Shown piece after piece: positions 58,486 to 64,000 of a stretch of 64,000 nucleotides of DNA (positions are counted from its first letter, which is position 1; the number at the start of each line of letters is the position of its first letter). The notes under the pieces are model-generated. The model was not told where the DNA came from. It worked only from the letters and a program-made list of their open reading frames with translations, and ran no database searches. Location: positions 1-64,000 of the IMG/VR virus record IMGVR_UViG_3300027833_000013. One strand, 5' to 3'. Source of the DNA: a virus. The position numbers were made by a program, and so were the translations under genes.

Positions 58486-58578
58486 TCAGTACGGGGATCC
58501 TGTCCCTCTAGCCACCTTACGTTGCGGGCTAACCACAGTCTGATAACAAAGATACATTTTAGGTCATATCTTTGTTAT
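58486..58578 (-). ncRNA. Candidate structured cis-regulatory 5' leader RNA
   Basis: 12-bp perfect hairpin plus a GC-rich multi-stem element between the late promoter (58585-58592) and the RBS (58482-58486). Confidence 0.5.
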
Positions 58579-58584
58579 ATAATG

Positions 58585-58592
58585 TATTTATG
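58585..58592 (-). promoter_or_regulatory. Late promoter CATAAATA
   Basis: Intergenic motif just upstream of the structured leader. Confidence 0.65.
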
Positions 58593-58613
58593 TGATTATG
58601 ATAAATGTGGCTA

Positions 58614-61600
58614 CTAGCCAAAGATTATGGTGTAAGTGTTCAACAAATCTTCCATATCTGATTGTGATGCCGCGCCACCACTTCCAACGGCTGTAGCCCA
58701 AGTACTACCGGTAAACACTTCTAGATATGAAAGTTCAGTGTTATATCTAGTGTGCCCTGTTTCGGGAGATGCCTCTCTGCTAGCAGAGTTACCCGAAGGT
58801 ATTACTATTGCTTTATCGTCTACAAATCTTGTAAATCCTGTACCACTATTTGCAAATGATACAACACTTCCATCTGCTATAATTAAATTATCTTCAAATT
58901 GTGCGTCACTGAATGTAACTCTAGCATGTCTTGCATCTAATGTAAGATCTGTATTTGCATTAGTAACTGTAATGTTATTACTATCTAATGTAATACCACT
59001 AAGTTCAACTTTTTCAAATTCAGTTTTATTATTACTAGTAAATTTAGCAATAATATTGTTGTTTATTTTAAAATTAATATCGTTACTAATTCCAATATTT
59101 GATAATTCAATACCTGTACGATAATCGTCTGATAGTAATGCGCTACTTAATACATTATTTGTTGCAGGGCCGTATCCAACAAATTGGTTAATAGATGTAT
59201 TATATCTAACAGTTCCTGTTGTCGGTGATGAACTTCTTTGTGCAGTTGTACCTTTTGGCATTATCATAGAACCAGTAGTATTAATTGTTAATACATCAGT
59301 TGGATTTAATTGTAAATTGCCGCTATTATTTGTAAGAATATTTGTACTAACCAATAATCCATTATAATTAACTATTCCACTTCCATTTGCTCTAAGTTCT
59401 AAGTTGCTATTAGATATTGTTGTTTCTATAAAGTTATCATCTATCTGTATATTACCTAATACTTCTAACGCTCCTAAATCTACATCATTTTGTATATTAA
59501 TATTATTTGCGTAAAGTTTTCCGCCAACGGTAATATCGTTAGTTATTACAACATCTTCGTTCATAGAAATAGTACCTGTTCCGCTAGCACGTAATTCTAA
59601 ATCTGTATCAGTAACAATAGTATTAAATGTATTACCACTTATTCTTACTTTATCAAAGTTTGCTTTAAGTGTCGGAGTACCTGTTGTATTTAAATTATCA
59701 GTTGTAAGATTAACTCCTTCATAATTGTCTTGGACAGTAATACTACCAATTGTAATTGTTCCAGCAACTGTAATACCGTTTTCAATAATAACATCTTCAC
59801 CAAGTGTAACATTGCCTGTTCCATTGGCACGTAATTCTAAATTGGCATTTGAATCTTTGGCACTAATTACATTTCCACTTAATGAAATTCCTTCAAATAT
59901 ACTACTACCTACTCCTGTAATACCAGTTGCAGTTATATTATTAGCAGTAAAGGTATTTGTTACTGTTGTACTTTGTAATGACGTTGCTTGTAAGGTTGTC
60001 AAATTATTACTTACAACAAAGTTTTCTTTAATTTTTACATTGCCAGTACCAGTAGCACTAAATGTTAAATCACTGTTACTGTTAGTTGTAGAAACTTTAT
60101 TGCCGCTAAACATAATATCTTCAAATATAATTTGTTTATTAACTGAATTTAGTGTCTGTACTATTAAGTTTTTAGCGCCTAAATTATTTGTTGATGTTGT
60201 TGCTACACTACTAGTTGTTGGAGTTATTACATCAGCCGCTAATTCAACATTAGACTTAAATCTAATAATTCCAGTCCCAGCGGCTCTAAGTACTAAGTCA
60301 CTATTACTACTTCTAGTTGATATTATATTATCAGCTATAGCAACATCTTCTATTACTGCATCGCCCGTTAGCGCAACCGCACCTATATATTCTTCTGCAA
60401 TTAATCGATCTAATCCCAACACATTTGCTAAACTAAAACTAGCAACGGGTGCTATTAAATCTCGACCAAGTACTAAGTCTGATAATATTTTAACATTGCC
60501 AGTGCCTGCCGGAATAAATTGTAAATCATTATTTCCAGAAGTGCCTTGTATAGTATCTCCAATAAATGTTATGTTATCAAACACAACAGCACCTTGTGCG
60601 GTTAATGTAGATGCCGATGTAGTAAGCAAAGTTGCATTATTACTTGTAATATCATTAGCTACAGATAAATTTCCAGTTATTCCAATTGCACCAGCTATTG
60701 TATTTGTTGATCCTGTAGTTTGTGTAAATGTATTATAAAATCTAATAGGACTAGTTACAGATACATTTCCGTTGCCTGAAGATTCTAATTCTAATACGGA
60801 ATTAGAATCACTTGTTGATATTGCATTACCTAGTATATTGACATTATCAAGATATGCATTGTTTACTTTTAATTCATTCCAACGCTTTGCACTATTACCA
60901 AAATTAAATGTATTAAGGTTAGGTATTAAATTCCCGTCAATGTCGGCATTAAAGTCTATTGTGTCGGTATCTGCATTTCCTAATCTTACTAACGTACCGC
61001 CTAGTGTGACGTTACCAGTAACATCTAAATTTCCTTGTATTTCGGTATTGCTCGTGAGTGCAATGTCTCCTGCGTTAGCATCTATAGTTAATGTACCTAC
61101 AATTGATTCCATTGTAGATCCAGAAAATCTAATAAAGTCTGTTTCAACTTTTTCGCCTTTAAGCTGTACAGTTTGTCCGCCTGTTGTTACTGATAACTTT
61201 TCAACTCCACTAAAGTCAAAGTTAGTTGAGTCAATAACGGTTCTGCCAGTCTGTTGATTTACTGACAATGCTGAGCCTACACGATAAGTTCCTGATTGGT
61301 CTAAAGAAGTATATACTATTGTGCTATCGTTTAATTCTATTGTTTCGTTTGTTTGTATGTGTAATGTTTTATCATTACTTGTGTTACTACCTGCACCAAT
61401 GTATCCAAAATTATGATTTATTAAATAGATAATGCTGGCAGCGCCATCAGCTACAATGCCTTTGGTGCCGTATACATTTGCACTACCAATACATCGTATT
61501 TCTGCTCCAAACTTTGCACCCTGTCCTGCTTGGCCTGTAGATCCTTGCTCAGTTTTAATACCTATTGATGCAAAGTAAGCAAAAGAATTTAACCATTCAA

Positions 61601-62852
61601 TTCTTACACCGTTTTTAGCTGTTAAGCTCTGTTGACCTGGAGTAATAAATGTTGCCGCATGAAATAACATGCTTGCTTCTTTAGATACTGTTGTAACACT
61701 GGCGCCGTCAACAAGTGCTCCTCGTCCTGCATCGCCCTGATTAAAACCCCTTGGGTCGCTTGAATTAGTTATACTGCCTTTTGTAATAACTGTACAATTT
61801 CTAATATAAGGACTTCTAGAAGTTACAACACTATTTGCAGAATATCTAAATCCGTATCCAGTATCACTGCCACTGTTGTAATAAAAATCCTTAATAGTTA
61901 AGTTTTCAATAGTTACTTCGCCATTAACTAAAAATGCGTCATTTGAATCAGTTGCACCTGATGGAGTAATAATAACGTTACGCATATCTTGTCCAGTTAT
62001 TGTTACGTTTACTGGTACAGTTAAAGGAAACGTTTCTACATAAGTTCCTGGTGATATATGTATTGTATCACCACTAGATGCTAATGTAATTGCATGTGCT
62101 AAAGTTAGTACCGGATCAAGTTGATGTACACCGTCATTGCTATCACTTCCGTTTTTTGCAACATATACAATATTGCCCTGTGTTGTTGTAATATTAACAC
62201 TATTAACAATTGCTGCCGATGCTGTAATATCAGTTGCAGTTACACCATCACTCCAAAGATTTTGCCAACGCTTTGTAGTACTACCTAAGTTATATGTTGC
62301 AGTGTCGTCGGGTTCTATATCTGATGTTAATTCACCTGCTAATGTTAAACTGTCAGTATCGTCATTACCTATAACAATATTTCCGTTAGCTGTAATATTG
62401 CCTGTTGCATGTAAATTGCCAGTTACATTAGTGTCAGTAAGTAACTCAATAGTTCCTGTCCCGTTTGGCTGTATTTCAACATCAGCATTACTTAGGTAAC
62501 TATATATTCTATTAGTTTGTAGTATTAACTGATCAGTTCCTATACCAGTAGCAACTACTCCGGCAGTACCAGTAAATGTAATTGGGCCGCTTAATGAAGA
62601 TATACCTAAAGGTGTAACTTGTAAGTTACCTACTTGAACTAAATTAGTTGATCTTAGATTTGTTGCGCGGGCAGTGCCATTTACTGACACTGCTTGAGAA
62701 GGTGAAAGAGTATTAACGCCAAGTTTACTATTAACTACGTCAAGTTTAAGTACAGGTGTACTAGCATTTTCATTTCTAAAATCTAGGTTTACATTTTGTC
62801 TTAGAAGATTTTCTTCTAAAAGCGGACCACTTATTCTACCTAATTGCGCCAT
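58614..62852 (-). CDS. Giant fibre protein A2 (1412 aa), paralogue of A1 lacking the LamG insert
   Basis: Shared MA.+GRISGPLL..NL.R N-terminus, YVAKNG.D cap and NS+LELRA.GTG repeats. Confidence 0.8.
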   Translation of the reverse strand: MAQLGRISGPLLEENLLRQNVNLDFRNENASTPVLKLDVVNSKLGVNTLSPSQAVSVNGTARATNLRSTNLVQVGNLQVTPLGISSLSGPITFTGTAGVVATGIGTDQLILQTNRIYSYLSNADVEIQPNGTGTIELLTDTNVTGNLHATGNITANGNIVIGNDDTDSLTLAGELTSDIEPDDTATYNLGSTTKRWQNLWSDGVTATDITASAAIVNSVNITTTQGNIVYVAKNGSDSNDGVHQLDPVLTLAHAITLASSGDTIHISPGTYVETFPLTVPVNVTITGQDMRNVIITPSGATDSNDAFLVNGEVTIENLTIKDFYYNSGSDTGYGFRYSANSVVTSRSPYIRNCTVITKGSITNSSDPRGFNQGDAGRGALVDGASVTTVSKEASMLFHAATFITPGQQSLTAKNGVRIEWLNSFAYFASIGIKTEQGSTGQAGQGAKFGAEIRCIGSANVYGTKGIVADGAASIIYLINHNFGYIGAGSNTSNDKTLHIQTNETIELNDSTIVYTSLDQSGTYRVGSALSVNQQTGRTVIDSTNFDFSGVEKLSVTTGGQTVQLKGEKVETDFIRFSGSTMESIVGTLTIDANAGDIALTSNTEIQGNLDVTGNVTLGGTLVRLGNADTDTIDFNADIDGNLIPNLNTFNFGNSAKRWNELKVNNAYLDNVNILGNAISTSDSNSVLELESSGNGNVSVTSPIRFYNTFTQTTGSTNTIAGAIGITGNLSVANDITSNNATLLTTSASTLTAQGAVVFDNITFIGDTIQGTSGNNDLQFIPAGTGNVKILSDLVLGRDLIAPVASFSLANVLGLDRLIAEEYIGAVALTGDAVIEDVAIADNIISTRSSNSDLVLRAAGTGIIRFKSNVELAADVITPTTSSVATTSTNNLGAKNLIVQTLNSVNKQIIFEDIMFSGNKVSTTNSNSDLTFSATGTGNVKIKENFVVSNNLTTLQATSLQSTTVTNTFTANNITATGITGVGSSIFEGISLSGNVISAKDSNANLELRANGTGNVTLGEDVIIENGITVAGTITIGSITVQDNYEGVNLTTDNLNTTGTPTLKANFDKVRISGNTFNTIVTDTDLELRASGTGTISMNEDVVITNDITVGGKLYANNINIQNDVDLGALEVLGNIQIDDNFIETTISNSNLELRANGSGIVNYNGLLVSTNILTNNSGNLQLNPTDVLTINTTGSMIMPKGTTAQRSSSPTTGTVRYNTSINQFVGYGPATNNVLSSALLSDDYRTGIELSNIGISNDINFKINNNIIAKFTSNNKTEFEKVELSGITLDSNNITVTNANTDLTLDARHARVTFSDAQFEDNLIIADGSVVSFANSGTGFTRFVDDKAIVIPSGNSASREASPETGHTRYNTELSYLEVFTGSTWATAVGSGGAASQSDMEDLLNTYTIIFG

Positions 62853-62874
62853 ACGAATTCCTTAACTGTTACAG

Positions 62875-62882
62875 TATTTATC
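62875..62882 (-). promoter_or_regulatory. Late promoter GATAAATA
   Basis: Intergenic motif before an AAGGA RBS. Confidence 0.7.
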
Positions 62883-62896
62883 GGAATTTATGTTGT

Positions 62897-63853
62897 TTAG
62901 CTTTCGATGTATTTCATCCGTACTGCTCCGCTACCGCCGCGCCAGCCGTGATCTCTAACACCTGGGCATGGATTTGAAGCAGGGCCGCCTGAACCATAAG
63001 GTACGTGTTGCTGACAACCCAACATTTCATAACACTGACACGCTCTGTTACCCATCCAACACGAGCCGTGAAACACGCCTGTGGCTGGATTTCTACTTGC
63101 CGCGTTAAGTGCATTTACATATTGATGCATTCCTTGGCCCGACCAACGTGAGTAAGGATTATCGTCTTCAGTAGCGTAAGTTACTGTTGTACCTTTTGTA
63201 CTTATTACGTTTGCCGGCAATGCAACATGGAAGTAGAACATACAAGTACAAGCAGGATAGCATCCAAGGAAACTTGCACAACTATAAGGACCACAGCAAT
63301 TAACATCACCGCCGTATGAACATGGAGTAAATCCTCCACTACACATATTACATACTATTCCACAGTTCGGACCTCTGTTTGTTGTGCAAAATCCTGCCGC
63401 TCTAAAGCAACAGTACATACTAGGTGTTGTTGAGCAAATACTATTTCCGCCTTTGCCACCTTGTACACACATACAACCGTTTGTACTTGAACTAAACCAA
63501 CATACTGCTGAATTTGATCCACATCCTCTGTCACAAAGCGATGAGGCATTTCCGCAAGATTTGCCCATACATCCACAAGCTCTATTGCCCGATGTTACGT
63601 TATATGATTTTTTACCATACGCTGCCGCATTACCAGGAATGCCGTGACCACAGCAACACATTCTAGAACCCGAGCCGCCTGCGCCCCACATTTCTAAGTC
63701 TACTGTTCCGGTTCCCGGTGCAATCCAACAAAAGCCGTGACACATACATCCGTACATTGATCCGTTGTCATATGCCCAAATTTTACCTTGTTCGAGGTTA
63801 CCTTCCGCTTGGGTAAAGTTTTTGCTACCTAGTAACGATTTTAGTGATGCCAT
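62897..63853 (-). CDS. Cys/Gly-rich putative fibre-tip protein, paralogue 3 (33 Cys)
   Basis: Collinear with 39569..40531 and 40543..41499; AGGAG RBS; GATAAATA at 63876-63883. Confidence 0.7.
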   Translation of the reverse strand: MASLKSLLGSKNFTQAEGNLEQGKIWAYDNGSMYGCMCHGFCWIAPGTGTVDLEMWGAGGSGSRMCCCGHGIPGNAAAYGKKSYNVTSGNRACGCMGKSCGNASSLCDRGCGSNSAVCWFSSSTNGCMCVQGGKGGNSICSTTPSMYCCFRAAGFCTTNRGPNCGIVCNMCSGGFTPCSYGGDVNCCGPYSCASFLGCYPACTCMFYFHVALPANVISTKGTTVTYATEDDNPYSRWSGQGMHQYVNALNAASRNPATGVFHGSCWMGNRACQCYEMLGCQQHVPYGSGGPASNPCPGVRDHGWRGGSGAVRMKYIES

Positions 63854-63874
63854 TTGTACGTATCTCCTGTTATT

Positions 63875-64000
63875 TTATTTATCAAAGTTATGAAGCACTG
63901 TAACTGGCTTACCGATCGGAGGTGCTGACGTAAATCTAATATACCAGCCTGCACCTTTACCTGCTGGATTTTGTATTAAGTCATAGTTTGTAATTGCAAT
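63875..64000 (-). CDS. C-terminal end of a structural protein (partial)
   Basis: Manual translation IAITNYDLIQNPAGKGAGWYIRFTSAPPIGKPVTVLHNFDK*; the I.FTSAP..G motif is typical of baseplate/structural domains. Confidence 0.65.
   Translation of the reverse strand: MAITNYDLIQNPAGKGAGWYIRFTSAPPIGKPVTVLHNFDK

Noticed and set aside
58486-58578. Known ribozyme or riboswitch identity for the leader
   Set aside because: I could not match hammerhead (CUGAUGA/GAAA) or common riboswitch cores by eye, so it is left unassigned pending an Rfam search.
59725-61257. Long + strand ORFs (337 aa, 161 aa) and many similar antisense ORFs across the fibre genes
   Set aside because: They are shadows of codon bias in Thr/Asn/Gly-rich minus-strand genes; they have no RBS or promoter and no recognisable motifs.
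39569-63853. Diversity-generating retroelement or invertible cassette acting on the fibre-tip paralogues
   Set aside because: No reverse transcriptase, invertase or adenine-specific template/variable repeat pair is visible, and the paralogues are diverged throughout.
1-64000. CRISPR array, tRNA genes, stop-codon reassignment
   Set aside because: No regularly spaced repeats or cloverleaf sequences were seen. Standard-code ORFs tile the window densely, and TAA, TAG and TGA all act as stops.

Overview
This AT-rich 64-kb window is part of a large, divergent T4-like (myovirus) phage genome, probably marine. Reading left to right it holds: the start of uvsX/recA, gp32 SSB, acidic putative head/internal proteins, the large terminase gp17, gp4, the tail tube gp19, a very long tail sheath gp18, dNMP kinase and neck proteins gp13/14/15. 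A sigma70-driven accessory operon follows (HldE, class I aldolase, HldD, cupin, GmhB, two 2OG-Fe(II) oxygenases). The last ~38 kb is a minus-strand block of giant paralogous fibre/structural proteins, which also contains a GT9-like glycosyltransferase, an SGNH-like protein, a carbamoyltransferase and three ~10%-Cys paralogues. T4-type late promoters (NATAAATA), consensus sigma70 promoters and UUCG terminators are visible, and several genes appear leaderless. The most notable candidates are: (1) a phage ADP-heptose pathway plus GT9 and carbamoyltransferase, possibly glycosylating the virion, with a cupin where GmhA would be expected; (2) five phycobiliprotein-like C-x-R-D helical repeats in virion proteins; (3) the Cys-rich fibre-tip trio; (4) a GC-rich structured RNA leader at 58486-58578. 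All product calls come from recognising motifs by eye; no database searches were run.
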